Below, one piece after another: positions 56,150-64,000 of a stretch of DNA of 64,000 nt. Each line of letters begins with the position of its first letter. The stretch's first letter is position 1. The notes beneath the pieces are model-generated. The model was not told the DNA's origin, did no database searches, and saw only the letters and a program-made list of their open reading frames with translations. Origin of the DNA: an uncultured Chitinophagales bacterium (GTDB taxonomy: Bacteria; Bacteroidota; Bacteroidia; Chitinophagales; UBA8649); the NCBI GenBank assembly GCA_963932515.1, contig CAWVRT010000001.1, forward strand, positions 44,214 to 108,213, written 5' to 3'. The position numbers were made by a program, and so were the translations under genes.

Positions 56150-56605
56150 TTAAATGCTAAACATTATTTTCATCAAAGACCAAAGAGCACTTTTTTTCTT
56201 TTGATTTTCTTGAATTATTGGAATAGTGTCTACAAAAAGACAATCAATGTCCTGAATGTTAAATATTTTATACCGTTTTAAGTCTAAATTAAGACTAACA
56301 GTTTTTCTAGTAGAACCAAAAAACATAATTTTTTTAGCAAACCCTCCTTGCACAATTTTTTTAAAAGGAATATGGTTTTTGTCTGAAATCAGTAGTGTAT
56401 TTTCCATATTGTGCTTTACAGCGACTAACATTTTCATCAAAAATTCTTTTTGATCAATAGCTAATGCTGATAATTCTCCAGCAGAATAGAATACGACCAA
56501 ATTGGCTTCTATATTTCCTTCTATTGAATCCTCCTTTAAAACTATATCGTCTGATTGATAATTGTATAAATTATTTTGTTCAAATATTTTATTGATGTTT
56601 TCCAC
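56150..56605 (-). CDS. Hypothetical protein (faint resemblance to DNA polymerase III psi subunit, HolD)
   Basis: 151 aa with a GTG start. No motif I can assign firmly. See the findings for the HolD-like layout. Confidence 0.5.
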   Translation of the reverse strand: MENINKIFEQNNLYNYQSDDIVLKEDSIEGNIEANLVVFYSAGELSALAIDQKEFLMKMLVAVKHNMENTLLISDKNHIPFKKIVQGGFAKKIMFFGSTRKTVSLNLDLKRYKIFNIQDIDCLFVDTIPIIQENQKKKSALWSLMKIMFSI

Positions 56606-56679
56606 TCTTCAAAAATACGGCTTTATTAACCAATTTCCCTAAGAAAAAAAACTGATTTTAATTTTAGCCTAAAAACCCG

Positions 56680-56687
56680 TACATTTG
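56680..56687 (+). promoter_or_regulatory. -7 promoter box TACATTTG for the ilvE operon
   Basis: Exact TAnnTTTG match, 89 nt upstream of the ilvE ATG. Confidence 0.45.
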
Positions 56688-56776
56688 CATTCTACCTTAG
56701 AAAAATATAACACATCTAGTGTTTTCTCTATCAAGTCTATTTTCTAAATTCTAGTTCTAAATTTTAAAAGAAAAAT

Positions 56777-57853
56777 ATGAGTCATAAAATAAAAATTACC
56801 AAAACATCTAATTCAGTTTTTGACAAAATTGATTTTAATAATTTAGGCTTTGGGAAAGATTTTACCGACCACATGTTTATCGCAGATTATTATGATGAAG
56901 AATGGCAAGATGCTAGAATTGAGCCTTTTGCAAATTTTAGTATTCACCCGGCTACTTCTTTTATACATTATGGTCAAGCTATTTTTGAAGGCTTAAAAGC
57001 TTCTAAGAATAAAAAAGACGAAACGATTATTTTTAGACCAGACATGAATATCAAAAGGATGAATATTTCGGCTAAAAGAATGGCAATGGTAGAGTTTCCT
57101 GAAGATTTATTTTTAGATGCTTTAGAACAATTATTAATTGTTGATAATAAATTTATTCCCACTACTGCAGGAAGTTCGATGTATATAAGACCTTTTTGTT
57201 TTGCAACAGAAGAAATTGTAAAAATAAAAAGATCTAGTTCTTATCGCTTTGTAATTATTTTATCTCCAGTTGGTTCATATTATAGCAATCCTGTAAAAGT
57301 TTATGCTTCAGAAAAATTTGTTAGAGCTTTTCCTGGAGGAACAGGCTTTACTAAGTCTGCAGGTAACTACGGTGGCGCGATACAACCAGTAGAAGAAATA
57401 AATGAAATGGGTTATGACCAAATTTTATGGCTAGATGGTGTTCAGAAAAAATATGTTCAAGAAATCGGTACTATGAATTTTGCTGTTGTTATAAACGGTA
57501 AAGTTTTAACCGCTGATTTAACAGAAGGAACCATTTTACCTGGAATTACTAGAGATACAACTTTAACGATATTAAAAGAATGGGGAATTCCTTTTGAAGA
57601 AAGACCTATAAGTATTGATGAAATAATAGAAGCGTATGAAAATGGCACTTTAGAAGATGCTTTTGGTATGGGAACTGCTGCTGCAATAACTTATATAGAT
57701 GAAATAGGTTATAGAGATATGAAGTTGAAATTACCCCCTTTAGAAAAAAGAACTTTATCTAAAAAAATTAAAGAAGAAATTTTAAAGCAAAGACAAGGAG
57801 AAGGGGTAGATACTCATAATTGGTTAAAAATTATTAACCCAATTACTGCATAA
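56777..57853 (+). CDS. ilvE: Branched-chain amino acid aminotransferase (class IV PLP)
   Basis: 358 aa, the long BCAT type. HYGQAIFEGLKA, TKSAGNYG and GITRDT motifs. Confidence 0.9.
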   Translation: MSHKIKITKTSNSVFDKIDFNNLGFGKDFTDHMFIADYYDEEWQDARIEPFANFSIHPATSFIHYGQAIFEGLKASKNKKDETIIFRPDMNIKRMNISAKRMAMVEFPEDLFLDALEQLLIVDNKFIPTTAGSSMYIRPFCFATEEIVKIKRSSSYRFVIILSPVGSYYSNPVKVYASEKFVRAFPGGTGFTKSAGNYGGAIQPVEEINEMGYDQILWLDGVQKKYVQEIGTMNFAVVINGKVLTADLTEGTILPGITRDTTLTILKEWGIPFEERPISIDEIIEAYENGTLEDAFGMGTAAAITYIDEIGYRDMKLKLPPLEKRTLSKKIKEEILKQRQGEGVDTHNWLKIINPITA

Positions 57854-57854
57854 A

Positions 57855-58898
57855 ATGGCTATATTCTCTATTAATAATATTTCTATTTCTGGATTAGCGG
57901 CAGCTGTTCCTAAAAACAAGGAGTTTAATAAAGACTACCCTTATCATACGGCTTTAGAACATCAACAATTTTTAAAAACTACAGGAATTGAAGAGCGTAG
58001 AATTGTAAATGATTCTACTACAGCGGCTGATTTATGCTATCGTTCTGCCGTTGATCTTTTAGCTGAATTGAATTGGGAAAAAGAATCCATAAAAATTCTT
58101 ATTTTCATTAGTCAAACACCCGATTATTTAATTCCTGGAACTGCACCATATTTACAAAAAAAACTAGGTTTAGCAAAAACAACTTTGGCTTTCGATATTA
58201 ATTTAGGTTGTTCAGGATATGTCTATGGCTTAAGTATTATTTCAAGTTTATTAGAAAAAACAAAAGGACGAGCCTTACTGCTAATTGGCGACATCACTAG
58301 TTCTATTATTAATCCAAAAGACAAAACAGTCGCGCCTTTATTTTCAGATGCAGGATCTTGTACCGCATTGGAATATAATGAAAAAGCGCCAGCAATGCTA
58401 TTTAACTTACAATCTGACGGTGCAGGGTATAAAGCGATACAAAGACAAGATGGAGGAATGAAATCTCCTTTTTCAAAGGAAAGTTTAGTTTTTAATGAGA
58501 CCACTAACCGCACAAGTTTAGATATGAAATTGAATGGTATAGATGTCTTTAATTTTTCAAGAAAAGAAGTCGTTCCAAATATTGAAAATTTGATTCAAGA
58601 AAATGAAATTGAGAAAGAATCAATAGACTATTTTGTGTTTCACCAAGCAAATTTGTTTATGAATGAGCATATTCGTAAAAAAATGAAAATTGAATCGAAT
58701 AAGGTACCTTACTCTTTAAAAACTCTAGGAAACACGAGTTCCGCATCTATTCCCATTACATTAATTAATAATTTAGGTATAGAATTACAAAAAAAACCAT
58801 TAAAATTGTTACTTTCGGGTTTCGGAGTCGGACTATCATGGGGCAGCAGCTATATACAAACAAACAAAATCAAATCACTTCCACTGATAGAAGTGTAG
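57855..58898 (+). CDS. Divergent beta-ketoacyl-ACP synthase III (FabH-like) family protein
   Basis: 347 aa. Cys-His-Asn triad context: NLGCSGYVYGL, FHQANLFM, GNTSSASIP. It lacks the TSDEWI-type N-terminal motif and the AACAGF active-site context of housekeeping FabH. The ATG lies 1 nt after the ilvE stop. Confidence 0.8.
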   Translation: MAIFSINNISISGLAAAVPKNKEFNKDYPYHTALEHQQFLKTTGIEERRIVNDSTTAADLCYRSAVDLLAELNWEKESIKILIFISQTPDYLIPGTAPYLQKKLGLAKTTLAFDINLGCSGYVYGLSIISSLLEKTKGRALLLIGDITSSIINPKDKTVAPLFSDAGSCTALEYNEKAPAMLFNLQSDGAGYKAIQRQDGGMKSPFSKESLVFNETTNRTSLDMKLNGIDVFNFSRKEVVPNIENLIQENEIEKESIDYFVFHQANLFMNEHIRKKMKIESNKVPYSLKTLGNTSSASIPITLINNLGIELQKKPLKLLLSGFGVGLSWGSSYIQTNKIKSLPLIEV

Positions 58899-59839
58899 AT
58901 AAGTCTTTGTCTTTTTCCAAAAAATACCTTTTTGATTTTTCTATAATTGTTCCTGTTTATAATAGTACTGATACACTTGAAAAGTTAACTCATTTAATTA
59001 GTGACGCCTTAAAAGGTTATTCTTATCAAATCATTTTTGTGAATGATAAAAGCATGGATAATAGTTGGAGCAAATTAGAAAGCCTTTATCAAGAAAACCC
59101 AGAAAAATTTGTTGCTGTAAATTTAGAAAAAAATGTTGGTCAGCACCTAGCATTATTTTGTGGAATGCAAATGGCGAAGGGGGAATTTGTAGTTACTTTG
59201 GATGACGATTTACAAATTCCACCAAAAGAAATTTTAAAGATTTTTGATAAAATAAAAAGTGAAAAAGCAGATTTAGTTTATGGTGTTTTTCCTCAAAAGA
59301 AGCATAGTAAAGTTAGAAATGCAGGTAGTAAGTTTTTTGGTAAAATTTTTAGCACCTATGCAAGTACTCCAAGAAACGGTTCTTCTTTTAAAATAATAAA
59401 CCACAGTATTGTTGCCCGCATTATAGAACACAACCATCACAATGTATATATAGATGAACTGTTAGGTTGGTATAGTAGTAAAACTGGTTTTGTAGAAATT
59501 GAACATAATAAAAGACAAGAAGGTAATTCTGGCTATAGTTTTATAAGCTTAGTGAAATTAGCGATAAACGTTTTTGTTAATTATACTGCCTTACCACTTA
59601 AAATGATCACTTTATTAGGCTTATTTTCCTCTCTGGTTTCATTTCTCTTAGGCGCTTATTTTTTATACCAAAAATTTATGATTGGTGCAGCGCTTGGGTT
59701 TACAGCCTTGATCGTTTCTATCTTTTTCTCTACAGGTCTTATTTTATTTTCTTTAGGGATAATAGGAGAATATATCAGTAGACTTTTCTTGATCCACACT
59801 GGAAAACCCGCTTTTAAAATTAAAAAAATTTTGAACTAA
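58838..59839 (+). CDS. GT2 glycosyltransferase with C-terminal TM helices (ArnC/GtrB/polyprenyl-phosphate sugar synthase type)
   Basis: 333 aa. SIIVPVYNS, VTLDDDLQ (DxD), and two C-terminal TM helices. The ATG at 58838 overlaps the KAS-III gene by 61 nt. An in-frame TTG at 58907 (giving SFSKKYLFDFSIIVPVYN) is an alternative start. Confidence 0.8.
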   Translation: MGQQLYTNKQNQITSTDRSVDKSLSFSKKYLFDFSIIVPVYNSTDTLEKLTHLISDALKGYSYQIIFVNDKSMDNSWSKLESLYQENPEKFVAVNLEKNVGQHLALFCGMQMAKGEFVVTLDDDLQIPPKEILKIFDKIKSEKADLVYGVFPQKKHSKVRNAGSKFFGKIFSTYASTPRNGSSFKIINHSIVARIIEHNHHNVYIDELLGWYSSKTGFVEIEHNKRQEGNSGYSFISLVKLAINVFVNYTALPLKMITLLGLFSSLVSFLLGAYFLYQKFMIGAALGFTALIVSIFFSTGLILFSLGIIGEYISRLFLIHTGKPAFKIKKILN

Positions 59840-59843
59840 GTCT

Positions 59844-60350
59844 ATGAAAATTTCTTTTAAAGAAATCGTTTTAAAAAGACTTTGTGTTGAAGATATTGAA
59901 TTACTGAGGCAATGGCGAAATAGTGATTTAGTGTCTGATTATATGTTTTTTCAAGAAGAGATCAACCTTGCAATGCAAACAAAATGGTTTGAATCTTTAC
60001 ATTCAGAAAATGACTTTTATTTCATTATAGAATATAAACAGACTCCTATAGGACTTATAAATATCAAAAATATAGACTGGCAAAAAAAGCAAGGAGAAGC
60101 AGGACTGTTTGTAGCTTTAGAAAAGTATCGAAATACCCCTTTAGCTATTTATGCATCTTTAGCTTTACTTACTGATTGTTTTGAAGAAAAACAATTAGAG
60201 TGGATTTTTGCTAAAGTAAAAAATAATAATCTACACACTATAGCCTACAATCAATCTTTAGGTTTTCGAAAGCTTGAAGGAGAAAAATATGTTCTCACCA
60301 AAGAGAGATATTACACCTTCACGAAAAGGCTGCATCAAAAATTGAAATAA
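59844..60350 (+). CDS. GNAT-family N-acetyltransferase (PseH/RimL-like)
   Basis: 168 aa. LRQWRNSDLVSDYMF...WFESL N-terminal pattern and a GNAT core (..AYNQSLGFRKLEGE). The ATG lies 4 nt after the GT2 stop. Confidence 0.75.
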   Translation: MKISFKEIVLKRLCVEDIELLRQWRNSDLVSDYMFFQEEINLAMQTKWFESLHSENDFYFIIEYKQTPIGLINIKNIDWQKKQGEAGLFVALEKYRNTPLAIYASLALLTDCFEEKQLEWIFAKVKNNNLHTIAYNQSLGFRKLEGEKYVLTKERYYTFTKRLHQKLK

Positions 60351-60440
60351 CTAATTTACCTTCTACGTCAGCTACCGGCGAATAACGAGTTAAAATTAGC
60401 AGCTTTTAATTTAGCTGGAAATTCTTGAAACTATTAAATT

Positions 60441-63400
60441 CTACATATTCCTTCTATACTGCCCACCAACTTTAAAAAGCGAATTCGTAATCTGCCCCAA
60501 AGAACATACTTTACTTGCTTCCATCATTTGCTCAAAGATATTTCCGTTTTCAATAGCACATTTTTGTAATAAAATTATTTGCTCCGCTGCTTTTGAACCA
60601 CTTCTTGCGTGAAGATCTTGTAGCATTTCTATTTGATACTGCTTTTCTTCTTCCGTAGAACGAATAACTTCTGCAGGAATCACCGTAGGTGAACCTTTAG
60701 AACTCAAGAATGTATTTACCCCAATAATTGGAAATTCTCCTGTATGTTTCAACGTTTCATAATGCAAACTTTCTTCTTGAATTTTCCCTCTTTGGTACAT
60801 GGTTTCCATTGCACCTAAAACACCACCTCTTTCTGTAATTCTATCAAATTCTGTCAGCACAGCTTCTTCCACTAAATCAGTTAACTCTTCTATAATAAAT
60901 GCGCCTTGAATTGGATTTTCGTTTTTTGCTAAACCTAATTCTTTATTAATAATCAACTGAATTGCCATTGCTCTTCTTACAGATTCTTCTGTAGGCGTTG
61001 TGATGGCTTCATCATAAGCATTTGTATGTAAAGAATTACAGTTGTCATTCAAAGCATAAAGCGCTTGAAGTGTTGTTCTGATATCATTAAAATCAATTTC
61101 TTGAGCATGTAATGAACGTCCAGAAGTTTGAATATGGTATTTTAATTTCTGTGCGCTTTCAGAAGCGCCATATTTTTCTTTCATTGCTTTTGCCCAAATT
61201 TTACGAGCAACTCTACCAATTACAGAATACTCTGGATCTATACCGTTTGAAAAGAAAAAGGATAAGTTTGGACCAAATTTATCTAAATCCATTCCTCTAC
61301 TTAAATAGTATTCTACATAAGTAAAGCCATTAGATAATGTAAACGCTAATTGCGTAATTGGATTTGCACCAGCTTCAGCTATATGATAACCAGAAATAGA
61401 AACAGAATAAAAATTTCTAACTGCTTTTTCAATAAAGTATTCTTGAACATCTCCCATTAAACGTAAGGCAAATTCTGTAGAAAAAATACAAGTATTTTGT
61501 GCTTGATCCTCTTTCAAAATATCTGCTTGAACAGTCCCTCTAACTTGCGTTAAAGTTTTTGTTTTGATTTCAGTATAAACAGCTGCAGGTAAAACCATGT
61601 CACCAGTTATACCTAAAAGCATCAAACCTAACCCATCATTCCCTTCTGGTAATTCTCCTTGGTATTTTGGCTGTGCTTGACCTAAGTTTTTAAAGTAAGC
61701 AGCTGTTTTAGCTTGCGTTTCCTTTTCTAAACCGTGTTCTTTAATGTATAACTCACAGTTTTGATCTATGGCAGCATTCATAAAGAAACCTAACAACATA
61801 GGTGCTGGACCGTTAATTGTCATAGAAACAGAAGTCATTGCACTTGATAAATAAAAACCTGAATACAATTTCTTAGCATCATCCAAACAACAAATACTTA
61901 CACCAGCATTACCAATTTTACCATAAATATCAGGTCTGATAGCTGGGTCGTTTCCGTAAAGTGTAACCGAATCAAAAGCCGTAGAAAGTCTTTTCGCTGG
62001 CATTCCTTTACTTACATAATGAAAACGTTTATTGGTTCTTTCTGGTCCTCCTTCTCCTGCAAACATTCTTGAAGGATCTTCTCCTTGTCTTTTAAATGGA
62101 AACAATCCAGCTGCAAAAGGATATTCTCCTGGTACATTTTCTTGTAAGTTCCATCTTAAAATATCTGACCAAGATTCATATCTAGGCATAGAAATTTTAG
62201 GGATTTTTAATTGAGAAAGGGAAGTTGCATGCGTATCTATATTAATTACTTTATCTCTTACTTTAAACGAAAATACGTCTTCTTTGTATTTTGCTTTCTT
62301 TGCTTCCCAACCTTCTATTATTAGCCAGTTTTTAGGGTCTAAATTTAATTTTACTTGTTCGAAATGTGCTTCTAACTCTTGCTTTAAAGTAGTATTTGAA
62401 CCTTCTAAAGATTCTATTGTTTTATTTATTCCAAACAGTTTTGAAGCTACTTTACATTGCTTATCTACCCAAGTATCGTAAGACCTATTACTTTCTGCAA
62501 TTTCAGAAAGATATCTTGTTCTTTTTGGTGGAATAATAAAAATCTTCTCAGAAATCTCATTACTTCCTTCAAAAGAAGAACCTAAATTCGCCTCTGTTTT
62601 TTCTGCTATTTTATTCATCATAGCAGCATACAAAGTATTCATTCCTGGGTCATTAAACTGAGAAGCAATTGTTCCAAAAACAGGAATTTCACTATCGTCA
62701 GTATGCCACAAGCTATGATTCCTTTTATACTGCTTTTTTACATCTCTCAAGGCATCTAATGCACCCCTTTTATCAAATTTATTTAAGGCAATAACATCTG
62801 CAAAATCCAACATGTCAATTTTTTCTAACTGAGTAGCTGCTCCGTATTCTGGAGTCATTACATAAAGTGCGACATCAGAAAATTCTGTTATTTCTGTATC
62901 TGATTGACCTATTCCAGAAGTCTCTAGAATAATTAAATCAAAACCTGCGACTTTCAAAACACTCAAAGCATCATCTACAAAAGAAGATAAAGCTAAATTT
63001 GCTTGACGAGTAGCCATAGAACGCATATAAACACGGTCGTTATTAATAGCATTCATTCTTATTCTATCGCCTAAAAGTGCGCCACCAGTTTTTCTTTTGG
63101 AAGGATCTACTGACACTATCGCAATATCTTTTTCTGGAAAATCAATTAGAAATCTTCTAACCAACTCATCTACCAAAGAAGATTTCCCTGCGCCACCAGT
63201 TCCTGTAATTCCTAATACTGGAATTTTGATACTTTTAGCTTCTTTTCTAATAACATCTAATTCTGATTTAAACTTATCAGAAAAATTTTCTGCCGCAGAA
63301 ATAACTCTTGAAAGACTTGGTTTATTTTTTAGATTGATATTTTTAAACTCTTCCTTTAAATTTTCTCCTGTTGGGTAATCACTTCTTTCAACCAAGTCAT

Positions 63401-63809
63401 TTATCATTCCTTGAAGTCCCATTGCTCTACCATCATCTGGTGAGTATATTTTAGTGATTCCGTAAGCGTGTAGTTCTGCAATTTCATCTGGAAGAATTAC
63501 GCCACCGCCACCAGCAAATATTTTGATGTGTTCGGCATTGTTTTCTTTCAATAAATCATACATATATTTTAAATACTCAACGTGCCCACCTTGGTAAGAC
63601 GTCATAGCAATCGCTTGCGCATCTTCTTGAATAGCTGTATTTACAACTTCTTGTACGGATCTATCGTGCCCTAAGTGTATTACTTCTACACCAGTAGCTT
63701 GAATAATTCTACGCATGATATTTATAGCAGCGTCATGCCCATCAAAAAGAGATGCAGCAGTGACTATTCTAATCTTGTTTACTGGTTTATATGGCTTCGC
63801 TTCGGTCAT
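60441..63809 (-). CDS. icmF: Fused isobutyryl-CoA mutase (IcmF): B12-binding domain + MeaB-like GTPase + mutase TIM-barrel domain
   Basis: N-terminal [10 protein letters not shown] (DxHxxG B12 motif); central P-loop [13 protein letters not shown] with MeaB-like NKFD; C-terminal ~550-aa acyl-CoA mutase substrate domain. The track start at 63830 is a TTG inside the -7 box, so I use the ATG at 63809 (MTEAKPYKP...). Confidence 0.85.
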   Translation of the reverse strand: MTEAKPYKPVNKIRIVTAASLFDGHDAAINIMRRIIQATGVEVIHLGHDRSVQEVVNTAIQEDAQAIAMTSYQGGHVEYLKYMYDLLKENNAEHIKIFAGGGGVILPDEIAELHAYGITKIYSPDDGRAMGLQGMINDLVERSDYPTGENLKEEFKNINLKNKPSLSRVISAAENFSDKFKSELDVIRKEAKSIKIPVLGITGTGGAGKSSLVDELVRRFLIDFPEKDIAIVSVDPSKRKTGGALLGDRIRMNAINNDRVYMRSMATRQANLALSSFVDDALSVLKVAGFDLIILETSGIGQSDTEITEFSDVALYVMTPEYGAATQLEKIDMLDFADVIALNKFDKRGALDALRDVKKQYKRNHSLWHTDDSEIPVFGTIASQFNDPGMNTLYAAMMNKIAEKTEANLGSSFEGSNEISEKIFIIPPKRTRYLSEIAESNRSYDTWVDKQCKVASKLFGINKTIESLEGSNTTLKQELEAHFEQVKLNLDPKNWLIIEGWEAKKAKYKEDVFSFKVRDKVINIDTHATSLSQLKIPKISMPRYESWSDILRWNLQENVPGEYPFAAGLFPFKRQGEDPSRMFAGEGGPERTNKRFHYVSKGMPAKRLSTAFDSVTLYGNDPAIRPDIYGKIGNAGVSICCLDDAKKLYSGFYLSSAMTSVSMTINGPAPMLLGFFMNAAIDQNCELYIKEHGLEKETQAKTAAYFKNLGQAQPKYQGELPEGNDGLGLMLLGITGDMVLPAAVYTEIKTKTLTQVRGTVQADILKEDQAQNTCIFSTEFALRLMGDVQEYFIEKAVRNFYSVSISGYHIAEAGANPITQLAFTLSNGFTYVEYYLSRGMDLDKFGPNLSFFFSNGIDPEYSVIGRVARKIWAKAMKEKYGASESAQKLKYHIQTSGRSLHAQEIDFNDIRTTLQALYALNDNCNSLHTNAYDEAITTPTEESVRRAMAIQLIINKELGLAKNENPIQGAFIIEELTDLVEEAVLTEFDRITERGGVLGAMETMYQRGKIQEESLHYETLKHTGEFPIIGVNTFLSSKGSPTVIPAEVIRSTEEEKQYQIEMLQDLHARSGSKAAEQIILLQKCAIENGNIFEQMMEASKVCSLGQITNSLFKVGGQYRRNM

Positions 63810-63827
63810 TGTAGTATAATTTGACTG

Positions 63828-63835
63828 CAAATTTA
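63828..63835 (-). promoter_or_regulatory. -7 promoter box TAAATTTG for icmF
   Basis: Plus-strand caaattta equals minus-strand TAAATTTG, 18 nt upstream of the ATG at 63809. Confidence 0.45.
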
Positions 63836-63896
63836 CGGAATTTTTCCTTTTTGGAAGATATTTTATTTATCTGAAATCTTCCACAATTGGTTGAGA

Positions 63897-63935
63897 TTCC
63901 AGAAAATTGTTCCGTACCTCCACAATTTTCTGGAA
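63897..63935. other. Perfect 14-bp stem hairpin / palindrome upstream of the icmF promoter
   Basis: TTCCAGAAAATTGT-(tccgtacctcc)-ACAATTTTCTGGAA. No U-tract follows on either strand. Confidence 0.5.
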
Positions 63936-64000
63936 AGACGACAGCGGTTTAACGACTATGGTTCAGTCAAACCATGCATAAGTTGTTTTTATGGGTAATC

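Noticed and set aside
56610-56617. TATTTTTG -7 box match 4 nt upstream of the GTG start of the 151-aa gene
   Set aside because: The spacing would put the transcription start inside the coding frame, and leaderless initiation on GTG is unlikely. I treat it as a chance match, or as a sign that the start is mis-assigned; I cannot decide which from the sequence alone.
63810-64000. Possible cobalamin riboswitch in front of the B12-dependent icmF
   Set aside because: The predicted promoter leaves only about a 12-nt leader. Read on the minus strand, the upstream hairpins show neither the GGGAA...GGTG.AA.TCC core nor a GCCACTG B12 box.
1-64000. Mobile elements, prophage, CRISPR arrays, rRNA operons
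   Set aside because: I found no transposase, integrase or phage-like ORFs, no regularly spaced direct repeats, and no rRNA-like conserved stretches while reading both strands. The single tRNA has no flanking integrase or direct repeat.

Overview
AT-rich, tightly packed bacterial chromosome segment. Gene content and regulatory style point to Bacteroidota, class Flavobacteriia: TAnnTTTG -7 boxes, no obvious Shine-Dalgarno sequences, Bat/MoxR aerotolerance genes, DUF3078/DUF4293, and T9SS-type cargo tails. I could not run any searches, so every product call rests on ORF structure plus motifs I recognise by eye. The window is mostly core housekeeping: adk, lepA, asnB, recO, asd, udk, lspA, ileS, pcrA, mfd, pepD, rimP-nusA-infB, tsf-rpsB, rpsI-rplM, ilvE, and one tRNA-Arg(TCT). 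I saw no rRNA, CRISPR array, transposase, integrase or prophage genes. The items most worth follow-up are listed here. (1) A two-gene outer-membrane pair right after infB: a PorQ/PorV-like barrel plus a 743-aa protein that fuses ComEA-type helix-hairpin-helix repeats to a large beta-barrel. (2) A divergent pair of a eukaryote-like cysteine dioxygenase (Cys and Tyr of the cross-link both present) and a CSAD-type PLP decarboxylase, predicting cysteine -> hypotaurine. (3) A translationally coupled ilvE / divergent KAS-III / polyprenyl-phosphate-type GT2 / GNAT operon, convergent with a fused isobutyryl-CoA mutase (IcmF). (4) An orphan WYL regulator with a perfect 10+10 bp palindrome upstream. (5) A promoter-to-terminator unit without a real ORF in front of lepA. 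(6) Three decayed or start-less genes. (7) A Bat aerotolerance gene set split into two loci about 20 kb apart. Several ORF-track starts are TTG extensions; I moved them to downstream ATGs where a -7 box or a signal peptide supported that.
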